In this document: positions 34,066 to 47,559 of the stretch, piece after piece
Layout of the letters: each line of letters starts with the position of its first letter
Numbering within the stretch: position 1 is the stretch's first letter
Source of the DNA: Macrostomum hystrix
Lineage: Eukaryota > Animalia > Platyhelminthes
Assembly (NCBI GenBank): GCA_950097015.1
Contig: CATNEN010000038.1
Location: 30,442,001-30,506,000 of the forward strand
Direction: 5' to 3'
Length of the DNA: 64,000 nt
Notes under the pieces: model-generated
Told to the model about the DNA's origin: nothing
The model's input: only the letters and a program-made list of their open reading frames with translations
Databases searched by the model: none
Program-made: the position numbers and the translations under genes

Positions 34066-35805
34066 AAGAGTTTTTTTATCACTGTGGAAAAAACTTTTCT
34101 AATAAAGATACTTCTTTGAGCAATCAAACAAACTGATAAATTTACTGATGAATTATGATTCTGAATTATTTATTTTCCTCAATGATAAGCTACATATACT
34201 TATAACCGTTATATAGTCACTACACAGAAGTCAGAACACGAATTCAGAACAACGAATTTTCGTGTTCTGACTTTCGACTAAGAGGTCTCGGACGTCGGGA
34301 AAACTATTTTGTCCTTGAGCAAGACAGTTCCCTATTAGTGCTACAAAAACAAAAATACAAAAATACACAGACTGTATTAACTGGTAACATGAAGCTTAAG
34401 CAGAGGAATCGTAAGGAAATTAAAAAAGTTCTGTAAACAATTTTCGAGTTTGATGTTATTTTCTAGTCAGATAATATGTGATTTTACTCTCGCTATTTCT
34501 AACTGATAAAGTTTACTACTTTCAGTAGTTTATATTCTATCGGTCTTATTTTTCATCTGTTTTATTAATCTATGTTTTCTAAAATTCTTTTCGGCAAAGC
34601 TAAATAAACACTAATTTTAGTAGCGACTATCCTGGCGGTTAAACAATTCTTAAAAATGTATTTTCGTTTTGTTTATACGTTCGTTCGTTTGTTTAGGTTT
34701 CCGCTGCTATAAGCTTCATAGTCGTGTCTCTTTGTTTAGATTTGATAATTCTCTTACCTGGCTTAAAATACTGCAGCAATTCATAGTCATAATTGGAACG
34801 TCTTTTATAATTTAAATTCAAACGAATCACTGAGGATGAGGGCAAAATTACATTTTATATTGATATTATACTGTTAAATATCCATACTTCTACTGTCAGT
34901 AGGCGATCGCTAGTTATAAAGATTATTTAATTTTGTCCACTATTTTTTGCTTGGGCTAGAAAGGAGGGTGAGATAATATGAGACTTTTTTGCCTGCCTCT
35001 TGCGCGGCTTGTTTATTTTTATTTAGTGTCGAAAAACGAGTACAATCTTTAATGCTTACAAAAACAATATTTATAAATATAATCAGCATGAACGACGTGC
35101 ATAAACTAGCTAATACGAGCGTGAAGCACAGCACATCACATGGTGGCCCTAAGAAGGGCCGTTTTGGCATGTAACAATGCAACGCTTATGACCACTTTTT
35201 TCTCTCTATATCTCAGCTATATGCAGCTGTCCAGAAAATGAAGATCAAAGAAAATTTCCACGAAAATATTATGCACACCCTTCTGACGAGTTCGAAAGTA
35301 TATGTGACGATTCGAAGGTGGCAACCAACCCGAAATGTGCAGTGGAGTAATGACCAGGTGAACAGCAGAAAGTTTACGGTTTTTTCTAGCTAACGCCGAA
35401 GAAAACAATGGTAACTATATCGGTGTCACTATAACTATAACGTCTTATTGTTGAATTGAATCGATTATCTTGGGTCGGTATTGCTCAGAGAATACGACCA
35501 GTCTTAGCTTACAAATGTTCGCATCGGTCAATTGCCGGTGATAAGACTGTTCCGGCTTGTAATTTTTTAGATGCATGTGCACATGTAAACTTTACTCATG
35601 TTACAACGACGTTTTGTCTGCGTAGAATTGTTGCGCAGATCAATTACTGCTGCATGTCATGGATCAAGCAAGCGATCAGAAGTGCACTAGTGTAATTGCC
35701 ATGCTAGACGACAATTAAAAAACGTGGACGCGACTCACGCGTAAATTAGCGAAATACGCGTGAAGTGAGTAAAGACAGAGCACTGTTCAAACCCTAACAA
35801 TCACC

Positions 35806-35872
35806 CAAGAACCACTGTAGTATAACTACACTAGTATAACTACAGTAGTAATACTACTACAGGTGGTCCTTG
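35806..35872. mobile_element. 67-bp micro-MITE with 8-bp TSD
   Basis: CAAGAACCACTGTAGTA ... TACTACAGGTGGTCCTTG imperfect TIRs; CAATCACC duplicated at 35798-35805 and 35873-35880. Confidence 0.75.
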
Positions 35873-36862
35873 CAATCACCACCCACTATAAATGCGTTAA
35901 ATGGCCGGTCCATGAAGGAAAAGCAAAAAATCATTTGCCAATTAAACTTTAAAACAAAGCAGAAAATTCTCTAATAAATACGCCAGATTAAATTCATTCT
36001 ATACTTTTCTAATTCTTTACTGCAATACTCGATTTTTATTGAAATCCTCTGCTCATATCTCTATTAACATAATCTAATCATTAATTAGAAATGTGATTTC
36101 ACGGTACTATTCACGGTAAAACAAATAAACTTACAAAACACGACATGGTTACCTTACATATAAACATTATATACGAAAAAACCTAAAATTGAAAAAAAAA
36201 ATAAAAAAACAAAACTAAAATTTTATTTTATTTTCAGAAATGTTAGGACTGTAAACTATATTTAAAATGCAAACTGTAATCCAGTGACCAGTCTCGAGTT
36301 CGAGTTCGTCTGCTCATTGACATGATGATAAAAATAATATGAAGATTATGGATCACTTGAAGTTTTTTCTAATATTTACTCTGGTGGCTACATTTTTTTC
36401 TTGAACTGCTTGACAAAAGTTAAATAACTTCGTAGCTGAGTATTGTATATTATTTGTTTAAAACAGCTATTTCTCTCTACACTTGAATCTTGATTGCCTG
36501 GCCGACGCCCGCCTCTTTAGCTATTTATCATGACATGTAATAAAATAGAGGCTATAATATTATACGAAAACATCTTTTTGTCGAATATTTTATTATGACT
36601 ATGGCTGTATGACTCAATGAGGCACACACTACTCTTACTCTTAGTATTAACTATTAATGCCTAATGGGTGCTGACTTTTTATAAATTTGGCCCTTATAAA
36701 GTTATTAACCTAGGGCCTATGTAATTTAGACATTGTGATTGTCATTAGCCAATCGAAAATATCAGATGACCAGCTTGTAAGCTTTAATATAATAAGGACA
36801 TTTATGTTGACTTTATGGCATAAACTAGGTATTCACTTGCCACAGTGCAATCAGGGGATCAT

Positions 36863-38133
36863 GGGATCCTAGACACTTTGTCATCAACTTGGAAGGTAGG
36901 ACACTTCGTCATCCAGCCAATTGGCATGCTTTAAAGTTTGGTCAGTTCATCATCTACTAATAACAAGCAATCAAGTTTGTCATCAATAAAGTGAGAATGG
37001 GGTGGTGGGGCAGAGGTGTGAACAAACTTCTATTTATACTAATTTTCACGTGTTGTTTGTCTGTGTGTGTCATTTTGACATCTCCTAGAATACTGGCAAC
37101 TCAGCATTGAAACTAATATGGGAAAATCCGAAATTTTCCAAGGAAGGCTATAGGCTATTTTAATTCTGAAATTTCAAATTCTGATCCTCAAAAAAGCAGA
37201 AAGGCTATTATGTAGTATATAGTAGGCAAATGTCCTTCCTGCTGAGATGAAATTGGCTTTGGTTAAATGAGTTGCGTCAACATTTTGTGTCTATCTGTTC
37301 AGTGTATTTTCTCTCCAGCAGAGGGTTGGCATTTGGTTTGAAAATGGGGCGGAGAGGTGGCCGTACAGACATTCTAACTGTAACTGCCTCTGTGTATTGG
37401 CGGAGAGAGGGTGCCGTTAGTCAGTTCTATTGAGGGGTCTGATTTGTTCAATATCAAAGTGCATGCGTACTGCGGCTAGGGCAGAGTTGGTGGGGTTAAA
37501 ATTCTATTAATAAACTTAGCGGGCCTCTCACTGTAGGCGGAGAAGAATGTGCTTGCTAAACTGGCTGCCCTTGGTGCAAAAAAGCAGTGAAATTTCAACT
37601 GAGAACTATTATTTTGCTTTTAAAGATTGGTGGATAAAATTTTTTACTGCTGAAAAGAACTGAGGCGATTTGAGATCAGGTGATCGGAGCCGCGATGGGA
37701 GATTAGGCAATGGGAGATCAGGCGATAGGAGATGAGGCGATGGGAGATCAGGCGACGGGAGATGAGGCGATGGGAGATCAGGCGATGGGAGATGAGGCAA
37801 TGGGAGATCAGGCGATAGGAGATGAGGCAATGGGAGATGGGAGATGAGGCAATGGGAAATCAGGCGATGGGAGTTCTATCCCCTCAACTTCCTCCGGAGG
37901 AGGAATTCAGCTCGTCACACTCTAAATTGTCAAAAAGAGGTGTCAAAACTGATTTCATTATAAGAGTTGAAAGATTGATGCCAACACAATGTGAGGAGGG
38001 GTGGTTCTGTTCTAACTTTGAAAAGTTTAGTTTTATAGATGAAAAAGTGTCCACAAGTCTAAGTCTCTTTGTCATCCACCCTCTAAGATATTGGACAGAT
38101 CCTCATCTGGATGACGAAGTGTCCAGATACTAG
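36863..38133. mobile_element. Probable non-autonomous DNA element bounded by inverted repeats; contains a 15-bp repeat (GATGGGAGATSAGGC, ~37690-37870)
   Basis: Perfect 18-bp inverted repeat GGACACTTCGTCATCCAG (36899-36916) / CTGGATGACGAAGTGTCC (38107-38124), with extra degenerate copies near both ends. Exact termini and TSD not resolved. Confidence 0.5.
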
Positions 38134-39779
38134 TATCAGGTGCACAACCAGAATTTATGTTTTTGGGCTGGGTATATATTTTTTGTTTCCATTTTGTTTT
38201 GGCCCTGCCATTGCATAGGTAAACATTTTGATGAATGACTATGTTGGTTCAGAGCTAGGTAGATGTATCCCCCCTTGGATATGCCACTATGTCAAATGTA
38301 CCATAGAAATATGTATGGACCAGTAATTGACAGGTAAGACCAGACTGATAGTGATAAGATCCTATATCTTCTACATTAGTGCCATAGCAAAGGGCCCGCT
38401 TATAATTGGCACAAAAGACTAGACTTCGAAAGATATAGGCTTAGAACTACATCTTCTATATTAATGACATTGACATGGCAATAAGGCTTGAATATCCCTA
38501 AATATTGACATAGAAGACTTGAATACATTAAAAATAAACTATAAACTTGATTGAATTATGTATGTGTGAAAAATGGTATCTTTTACTGAATTTGAATTGT
38601 AAAACAAATGTGCAATGTTTACTATTTATTTTCTAAAATCCTAATAAGATTGGGATCAACACTTGACAACAGGACTGATTATTCTGCTATAGCTAATATT
38701 GGAACACTCATATATATATTTGGCCTCTCAATGCTTTTCACTAAGTGCAATTGTTTTCAAACAACAATGAACTTTTTAAAATGTATTTATTGTCTTATTG
38801 CTATAGCATTAATGTAGAAGATATAGGAGCCTATCTGTCTAGACTTCTTTGCATATAAGGAATTGGCATAGTCTCTTAGCTATGATCTGCAAGTATTGTG
38901 ACAATAAGCAGTGCTATTAGCTATGGCATGGTTAATGGAAGCCAATATTACAAAAAACACCCAATAATATAATGTATTTAACTACTTGTTTAATATATAT
39001 TTTCCTTTAAAATATGATAGCATATGCTAAGCCTAGTATAGTAATAGATATGCCTGCTCTGTTTTTTACTGAAAACTAGGAGAATATTTTTTTGTTTATA
39101 ATTTTCTGTTTAAGGCTTAATAATTTCATTGTTCTAAAGGTCTAAACGTTTTTCTATTCTATTTCTATTTTTAGCTTGTTAACTTCAGCGCCTATATATA
39201 ACTAGGTGGCTAGGCCTGCAACATAAACATAAGTGAACTCTCAACCCAAAAAGCTAGAATAGTTCTAAGTAGCATTTGATTTTGATTCTCAGGGGAAATA
39301 TTTTGTGTAGATTTTAGTTTTTAGTAGGGCCTAGTTCTGTTTCATTATTAAGCATTTCAGATTAGTCTTGGTAATGTAATAATCCATAATTACCCTATGT
39401 GGAAGTGTTTGCCATATTTATGCAAGTTGGAGTACATAGCAGTGTACATAAAAAGAGCAAAAGTCCATTAAATTGAAAGTGTTATGCAGCAAAATATTTG
39501 TCATTGGTATAACCAATTCTTCAACTTACAAGGAATTAAACCATTACATATCAAGATTTAGGTTTAGATATTTGATTTCAATAGTTTCTTGTTACTAAAA
39601 TTTTAGAATAGGATTCTAACAAGCCTTTTTATTTGTCAAAATTTTTAATTGTGATGCATGAGTGCCCATAGTCACTGCCATTTTTTAATTTAAACCTTTT
39701 GTATGTTAGCATGTCATTAATACATAAAAGAATAGTATAGCATAATTTATTTATCCTTTTACAATTTCCAGTAAAATGA

Positions 39780-41813
39780 ATGGCATTCCTGTCTACTGAA
39801 ATATTTAATTTATTTGAAAATCTAAATTCAGAGAAATTTGAGAGCAGTTCTCTGCCATATTCTGGATTAAGCGAATGGTCAACCCAGATTTGCAGCATTC
39901 TTCAGCAGCATGCTACTGTACAAGTGGATGACTGTAACTCCTATGAATACTATGCCTCCGCATGTTTGGCTGTTGCTCCACAGTTTCAATGGCTTGAATG
40001 TTATTTTTCTAACTCTAGCATTGATGTACTATTAAATGAAGTTCTCCTAGGCTGTCAATGGATTCGAAATGATCGTGAATTGTTTTTAATTGCCGCTACT
40101 GAGCTTCACAATGCTATTAACCAGAAAGAAAATGTTGACAGTGGATCGATTGTAGCTCTGTCCTTGCTATTAATCTCTCAAATATTGGAAATTAGTTTGA
40201 GACGTCTGTTGCGAGCTACTAATAGTAATAGAACTTGTCCATCTATGCTTAAGGACATATTAACTCATCCAGCTTTAGAGCAAGCAATCGGTACTGATCT
40301 CGTCCGTCTGCTTAATCTGTTAGTTGGTCCACCAGTGTCGTTGAACCTTCGCAACTTAGCCTGGCACGGCTTCCTTCTTTCGGTGCCATCGAATGTCATC
40401 TCCAGTGTTTGTGCACTCTGCACTAGTTTAACATTGATAGGCCGGTATTTGAGAAGTTCGAATGCACCATTGTTTGATGCACTATGTCAGTCTGAGTTAT
40501 TCAATCACATTAAAGCGAATGTCAGGCCTTTGGAACGACTTTTAACTCTTGTTAGATTCTCCAATTCGGAAGAGCAATCCTACTTCGAAGAATTTATTTT
40601 CGGCAAGAATTTATCACTCTTAGTTGATTGTTTAGGAGCATTTATATTTAAGAGAATACAAGTAAAAAATATATTAGAATTAATTTGCTATCTTTATTGT
40701 CAAGGGCGCTACTACGAGCTGTCTTGCTTGGCTATAGTGATTATTGAAGCTGTCCTTCGCATTATATTCTGTAGTGTCAACAATTTGCCACAAAGGGAAC
40801 TTTGCGCTCTAAACAGCACTCATTTTACTACTCTAGATGTTATGCTGCGTTCCAGCAGTAATCTTGCATCAGTTTTGCCCAATGGTCTGCTAGTTTGGCT
40901 GCTTGATGTAACACAGTTGGATCGTGGTCCACGATTTCGCGATCATCTTAGTCACGGAGAATTCTTCAACGAATTAGTTGGACATAATTGGGCGACTGGT
41001 CTGCAAGCCTGTCTGCTAAGTGTGCTGCTTTTCTCGATTCCTAGCATGCCTATTAGTGCATTCACCATCGAGGCAGATCGAAAGTGCCTATTAAAGCTTG
41101 CTGAGTTTTGGTTTAACGAGGGCTGCGCTTCAGTATGCCATCCTGCTTACTGTCTGGCTAATCTGATGTTATCAACAAAATGTGCTCTCCTACAATTGAA
41201 CAAGATTATTATTGAGATTAGTCAATGCTCGCTGAATGATGATAATGAAAAAATAATACCAGAATCTTTCGAGGATCCAGAGACATCAGTAGATTCTTCT
41301 GAATTCGTTGTTAAATGTAATTTGATATCTATTTGGGAGCTTTCTAATCAGCCGTTGTCGACCACCTGGCTTGTCTATCTTGAAGGGCTAGTATTGGCTG
41401 CCAAACAATCGCTAGAAGCTATGAACCAATTTGCACTAGCTAGGTTGCAGGATTTGCGATCTAATCGTCAGCTTCGATCTCGTCAGCGTGCCAATTTAGC
41501 TAGTTTTGTTGTCACGGCTACAGCTAACGCGAGTCCATTCTGTACTCGACTGTTAAATTTGTCATTTTCTCGACTCTGTAGCATAGTTGACTGTTTAAAT
41601 TTCCCAAATGTTGATGCAAATAATAAGCTTTTATCAACAATGCAGTCGCCTGCAAATAATAAGAAGCTTAAGCGGCTGCGAAAAATACTCGATAATTGGA
41701 GGTCGCATTCTGCTCCAGACAAAAATCGTTGGCTTGAGTGTTCTCAACTGATGTCACAGCCACAAGCTGAAGAAGATATGAATGAGCTCTGGAAACCAGA
41801 ATTCAATTCGTGA
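39780..41813 (+). CDS. ERMARD: ER membrane-associated RNA degradation protein (C6orf70, DUF4209), intronless, 677 aa
   Basis: Motifs CPSMLKDIL, GPPVSLNLRNLAWHGF, FTTLDVML, GPRFRDHLSHGE and LRSRQRAN match my recall of the ERMARD family; length is similar to vertebrate orthologs. Confidence 0.88.
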   Translation: MAFLSTEIFNLFENLNSEKFESSSLPYSGLSEWSTQICSILQQHATVQVDDCNSYEYYASACLAVAPQFQWLECYFSNSSIDVLLNEVLLGCQWIRNDRELFLIAATELHNAINQKENVDSGSIVALSLLLISQILEISLRRLLRATNSNRTCPSMLKDILTHPALEQAIGTDLVRLLNLLVGPPVSLNLRNLAWHGFLLSVPSNVISSVCALCTSLTLIGRYLRSSNAPLFDALCQSELFNHIKANVRPLERLLTLVRFSNSEEQSYFEEFIFGKNLSLLVDCLGAFIFKRIQVKNILELICYLYCQGRYYELSCLAIVIIEAVLRIIFCSVNNLPQRELCALNSTHFTTLDVMLRSSSNLASVLPNGLLVWLLDVTQLDRGPRFRDHLSHGEFFNELVGHNWATGLQACLLSVLLFSIPSMPISAFTIEADRKCLLKLAEFWFNEGCASVCHPAYCLANLMLSTKCALLQLNKIIIEISQCSLNDDNEKIIPESFEDPETSVDSSEFVVKCNLISIWELSNQPLSTTWLVYLEGLVLAAKQSLEAMNQFALARLQDLRSNRQLRSRQRANLASFVVTATANASPFCTRLLNLSFSRLCSIVDCLNFPNVDANNKLLSTMQSPANNKKLKRLRKILDNWRSHSAPDKNRWLECSQLMSQPQAEEDMNELWKPEFNS

Positions 41814-43168
41814 TATTTGTTTATCTTTAAACTTTTTGAACATTTTAACGAAATGATATTGAACACATTTTTATTTTATTTTAAGATGCCTATTAATATA
41901 TATTATTCGTGTTCAGTTAATTTATGATGTTATTTTGCTACAAATTTTTTTTTAATCCTGGAAATGCGAATATGTGTGCTATATTTTTAATTAGCACGTT
42001 AATGAGTGTAAGCTCAGTATATAAAACTTTTAAACTTGTTTAAGGCATGCTACTGACAGTAGTTTATGTTCTTGAGTTTTATTATTTTTTTCGTTTGTTT
42101 CTGTTATAGCTGTGTTAGTACACAAGGTGCGTTCTTAAGTGGGTAAAACACCTATGATAGTAAAAGCTAGCTGTTCAGACCACGGACTGGGAACAGTTGC
42201 CACACCTATCGAAATTCTATTCCATAGTTTTACATAGGGTGAAATTCGAACCGCGGACCTCTCAGTTAGGAGTCTAAAAGGTAAAAAATCTCACTTTTAT
42301 GGTACAATCTATGAAAGTTTACTATCTGCTATATGCTAAGTATATAGCTTCTTGAATTTAGTTAAATATTTTTTGCATTTCTAGAAAAGCATTTTCTTGT
42401 CTGAGCCTTCTCGTAGCCAGAAATTCTAATGTCTATGACATAATCCTTTACTTCATTCAAGAATTAAAGATTTCAGAGCTATCGATTTTTTTAATTCCCA
42501 GTTAGGAAGGGAAAGTGGAAAGGATAGATAGGAATGCCGTAGAACACTAATGTACAAACATGTACATAGAGAAATGGAAAGTAGAGAACTTAAGTTAGCA
42601 AAACAAGCCCGAAGGACATTCTGCAAAAGTAAGTCTGTGTCTTAAAGATTTTGGTGCTCCAATTCCTATGGCCCACGAAAATATCTTTAAAGAAAGTGTC
42701 TCCAATCCACGAGGTTGCAGACACGTTCGGGGTCAAACTCAAGACTGCGTAAAACTTTCGCCGATAGTTCAAAACACGTTAATAACTTTTCTCGTTTTAT
42801 TGTTGTCTCCCTTTTGTCTGACATGCAAGTAAATAAATCATTTTTCACACTGAGATATGAAATTCTTTGATTGGACGCAAAAATTCTTAAATTGAATGTA
42901 AAAGTGGAAAAAAGTGGAGGCTTTTGCCATAGACATAGATTTTCTGGCCAAGAGAAATGCTCAGATAAATTGAATGCAAATCCAAATTATCCAAATCCAA
43001 ATTAATATAAATTTTTAATCATCTTTACAGCATTTTCAGCCAAACCTAATCGTGTCGAATTTAATCATCCGTTTTGTATTTAAAAAGAAGTGAAACAACA
43101 ATTAACAATAGCAGCTGTTGAAAACTTTCTAGTAGCATTTAAATCAATATTTATCCTAAATCACAAGC

Positions 43169-46100
43169 ATGACTCAGGGCTACGTTGGTGCCAAATTGCA
43201 GCTAGACTGCGGACCAAGTCTAGGCACATTTATTGGCACAATTGTTGAGGTTAGCGACGAAAAATTGACGCTAAAACACGCCACTAGAAATGGTCAGCCT
43301 AGCGATACGAATTTGGTGACATTGCACAGGTCGTCAATTGTTGGCATTACTATGCTGCGCTCCGCATGCGAGGAAAGCATTATAAGCAGCAGCAGCATCA
43401 TAATCGATATTAACGGCACAACCGCTGTTAAAGATAAAGAGAATCGAACTGATCATAGAGTGATTGAAGCTAGTCTACAGAGTAAGACTGAACAGATAGA
43501 TTCCGAACAGAAACAGGCTCAACTAAAGCAGAAACAACAGCAGGCACGCAGAGAAGCTGTCAAAGAACGTTTAATGAGCATACCGAATGCTACACCTGTT
43601 TATATTTGTCAATCTTCGCCTGTTTGCCCTGCTAAGGGTGGTGGTGGATGCGGAGGACCCAACGGACATCAAAACGGAAGGCGTAAAGGGTAGGATCACA
43701 ATTTGTTTAGTAGAAGTTGTACAGTTGGATAATCGTTTTCTAATGATTTATGTTGTTCATGAATCAATGTCAATTTATCTAGATCTATCAGAATGATCCT
43801 GAATCTATATAGATATATTAGAATGATCCTAAATCTATCTAGATCTGTCAGAATGATCCTGAATCTATCTAGATCTGTCAGAATGATCCTGAATCTATCT
43901 AGATCTGTCAGAATGATCCTAAAACTATCTAGGTCTATTAAAATAATCCTGAATCTATCTAGATCTATCAGAATGATCCTGAATCTATCTAGATCTGTCA
44001 GAATGATCCTGAATCTATATAGATATATTAGAATGATCCTAAATCTATCTAGATCTATCAGAATGATCCTGAATCTATCTAGATCTGTCAGAATGATCCT
44101 GAATCTATCTAGATCTATTAGAATGGACCTGATTATATCTAGATCTATTAGAATGATTATAAATCTATCTAGATCTATCAGAATGATCCTGAATCTATCT
44201 AGATCTGTCAGAATGATCCTGAATCTATCTAGATCTGTCAGAATGATCCTGAATCTATCTAGATCTGTCAGAATGATCCTAAAACTATCTAGGTCTATTA
44301 AAATAATCCTGTATCTATCTAGATCTATTAGAATGATTATAAATCTATCTAGATTTATCAGAATGATCCTAAACCTATCTAGATCTTTCAGAATGACACA
44401 GAACGCTTAGTGTTCCCCCTAAACGAATTTTAATCTCTCACCAATATGCTTAAATAATGCAGCTTTTTTAAAGTGCCAAATTAGATATATTTTTGATACA
44501 CCACCTATGAATGCACCTACCGTGAGCAGTGACAACGGCAGTTTCAACGGCCCGGACGTCACAATCGCTAGCAACCACAGCGTCAATAGTTTCAATTGTC
44601 AATTCTCTCCGCCCGGTCGTCGCGTAGCCGGCGGAGGGGGAGTTAACGGCGGCGTTCATCACCAGCACATCCGTGCTAGATCTGAACTAGTTAGCAATCA
44701 CATCAGCTACGGTAACAATAACTCGGCGCCAAGTATCAATACTCATTCGCCTCCGAATAGTGCGGCTAAATCGTCTAGCACGGATCATTGGTTTGTAGCA
44801 AACGGCGATACTGATCTACGCGTGCCCGCCGTCTCAGAGGCCGTATTGGAATCCGTTCTTCAGGCCGCTGAAAAACTCGGATTGTCTATGGCCAGAATGG
44901 CCGAGGCTTGCGGACGGAGTGTGGCCGATTTTCTGGTGAGTGACGGGCTTGATTTGTTCTGTACACTCCACTTACCTGCAACCCCAACCTCTACATGAAC
45001 CCAACCTTCACTTCAGTCCCCCCTACCTCCACTTCAGATCTGCCGATTCAGCAACAATCAATATCAACAGCAGCATCACAACCAGCATCACTATCACCAT
45101 CGGCTGCAGCAGCAGCAGCAGCAGCATCAGTTGCAGTTTGCTGTCATCATAGGCGGTGGACGTCGTGGTCAGCTTGGCCTAGCTGTCGCTCGCCACCTCG
45201 CTAACCGTGGCGCATCTGTTCATGCTTACATCACCGCCACATCTGACTCGGTTAGGGATGTATTGGGCGCCGAGATCAGACTGTATCGCAGCACCGGATG
45301 TCCTCTGGTTGAGCATAGTCGAGATTTGCCATGGCTGTTGGATTGCATCTTGCTGGCTAGCGATCAGGTTTGTTATTGCCTGCATTTCCAACAGACCCTA
45401 CTGATCCTTAATCTATAACGTGACCCACCCTACCGACCCTTTCTATACTGTAGCTTGACCCCCTTTCTACCCATTTCTACCCATTTCGACTCCTGAGCAC
45501 ACTCTCACACAGATACCGTACGCAGGCGATATGTACTTTCTTATCACCAGGCAGTGTACACTCTCACTGTGCCTTAGAGGTTGGCCCTCAGCCTTAAGTG
45601 CGTAAAAGTGCAAGACAAGCTTCCAAGCCTTCTTTCCGCGGCTGCGGTCCAATTGAATTTGGTCTCGCCGCGGAATTGAGCTCATGGACCTTGTGCGAGA
45701 GGCAAACGCGTTAACCGCTCAGCCACTCGCCCACCAATTTAACCCCCTATTGACCCCTTCCTCTGCTGTAGATTGCCGAACGATGAACTGTAGCCGGATG
45801 ATTCATTCACCCACGCCGCCCACGCATTGATCCAGGTGGACTCGCCGTCCCACCCGCTGGCTCAATGGTTCAGAGCCTGCCGCGCCCCGTTGGCCTGCTT
45901 GGCCCCTCTTGGCGGAGATCCCGCCTGCCTGTCGCCGCGTTACAATCTGCACTGCTGCCTGCCTCTGGCTAGTAAAACATCGTCTGGCGGCGGCGGCGGC
46001 GGCAGTGGCGGATCCTGTGGCGGTGGTAGCGCCGCCTACCTCTGCGATCTCGGCGTTACCAGAGACGCATTCCAAGCTGCCGGCATTAGAGATTTGTTGC

Positions 46101-46240
46101 TTAGCAACGGAGCCAATGGTTTCATTAGTCTATTTAGTCGGGGATCAGTTGTACAATTATCGCTGGCTAGTGCTGCTCCTACTGCTGCTGCTGCTGCTGC
46201 CACTGGTGCTAGCGGAAATAATAGTCACCACAACAAATAA
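43169..46240 (+). CDS. EDC3: Enhancer of mRNA decapping 3; exons 43169-43689, 44485-44935, 45038-45367, 45794-46240; ~582 aa
   Basis: N-terminal LSm domain (YVGAKLQLDCGPSLGTFIGTI...RNG), LRVPAVS...AEKLGLS...EACG, YjeF-N fold (GQLGLAVARHLANRG) and YLCDLGV...F. Splice phases are consistent (1749 nt). Confidence 0.85.
43775..44400. repeat. 30-bp minisatellite (AGAATGATCCTGAATCTATCTAGATCTGTC)n, EDC3 intron 1
   Basis: About 21 units; source of the MILNLSRSVR ORF. Confidence 0.95.
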
Positions 46241-47559
46241 GCTTTCAAGTTTTTTTTTAACTGAAAATATTTTATCTCTCTGACAGCTATAGTGATAATT
46301 GAACCTTAATTCTAGTTTCTCGTATCCAAGTTTTTTCTTTATATCTTTTCCTATTCATTTTTTTGTAGAATAGCAAGTAAATAATAAATTCAATAATATT
46401 TTCTCAACAATTTTTTCCTCGCTATATATTGATGCACCTTTTGTGACACGGCATTTGTATGCATTAGTCGCCAATAGTTAGATATATAGTGAAGTGCATT
46501 TCTATTTTAGTCATGCTTAAAGTCGGGCGTTAATCTGTATGGTTTAGTTTTAGCTAGAACTGTTAATCCATATGATTTTAGAGTGCAATTAATTAACCAT
46601 ATTACTCTAATTTAACTACCGGGTGGTGTTAATCCGAATAGCTTTAAGCTATTGGTGACATAAAGCTACCGGTGTTAATCTGGTTGACTTTGAGCTTAAT
46701 CCGGATAACTTTAAGCTACCGGTGTTATCCAGATGACTTAAAGCTACCGGTGTTAATCTGGATGACTGTAAGGTTAATCCGGATAACTGCTTAATCCGGA
46801 TGACTTTAAGCTACTAGTGTTGAAGCTTTAAGCTTCAGTTATTAATAATTAGATTTCAAGTTACAATTGGTAATCCATTTTACTCAAAAAACTATAGGTG
46901 TTAATCTAAATGACCCTAAAGTCTGTTGATTTCATAATTTTTGGCAAAATGTACCCATGAAGTCACCATTTTATGAAAACAGTTTTATCTGCTACTTGTA
47001 TAGATTATATGAAATTTTGAAGGTCTAGCTTAAAATCATTTTAGTGCTATTTAATTATTAAATGCTGCTCGATTTTAAGTGTTGAACATCAAGACCTGTC
47101 AGTCATCATTCGTACGGTTGATATTTCTTACAATTCTGAGTCGAGACGACTGAACAATGAATTGTCAAGTTGTTAAAAAATTATCTCTGTACTTTAGTCT
47201 GTTTATTTTTCTTTAAAACACGCTTTCCGAATGCTGATTTGAAACTCTTTCAATAAAACACTGTCGGCATTTCTTGGCCAATGTGTTTTTCAGCTTTTTT
47301 ATACCTGCCATTGTGCGTTATTTTCTGTTGCTGCAGGAAGTTTAGTGGATGTAAAAGCATCGTTTGTTGGAAATTTTGAATATTTTGTTTATTTTATTAT
47401 TTTAGTCTCACACAATCGATGCTAAATTTAAACCTTTTTAACTAAATTAAATTGCTCTTTGATATTATCTGATTCGGCGTGTCTTAAATCATCAAAATAA
47501 TGCTAGCTCAGATAATTGAATTTAGGCTCTCTCACTAATCGTCCAATTAAGACCGAGAT

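Noticed and set aside
3380-46240. Functional cluster of mRNA-metabolism genes (eIF4E, ERMARD, EDC3)
   Set aside because: Separated by ~33 kb and an unrelated channel gene; no shared regulatory evidence in the sequence.
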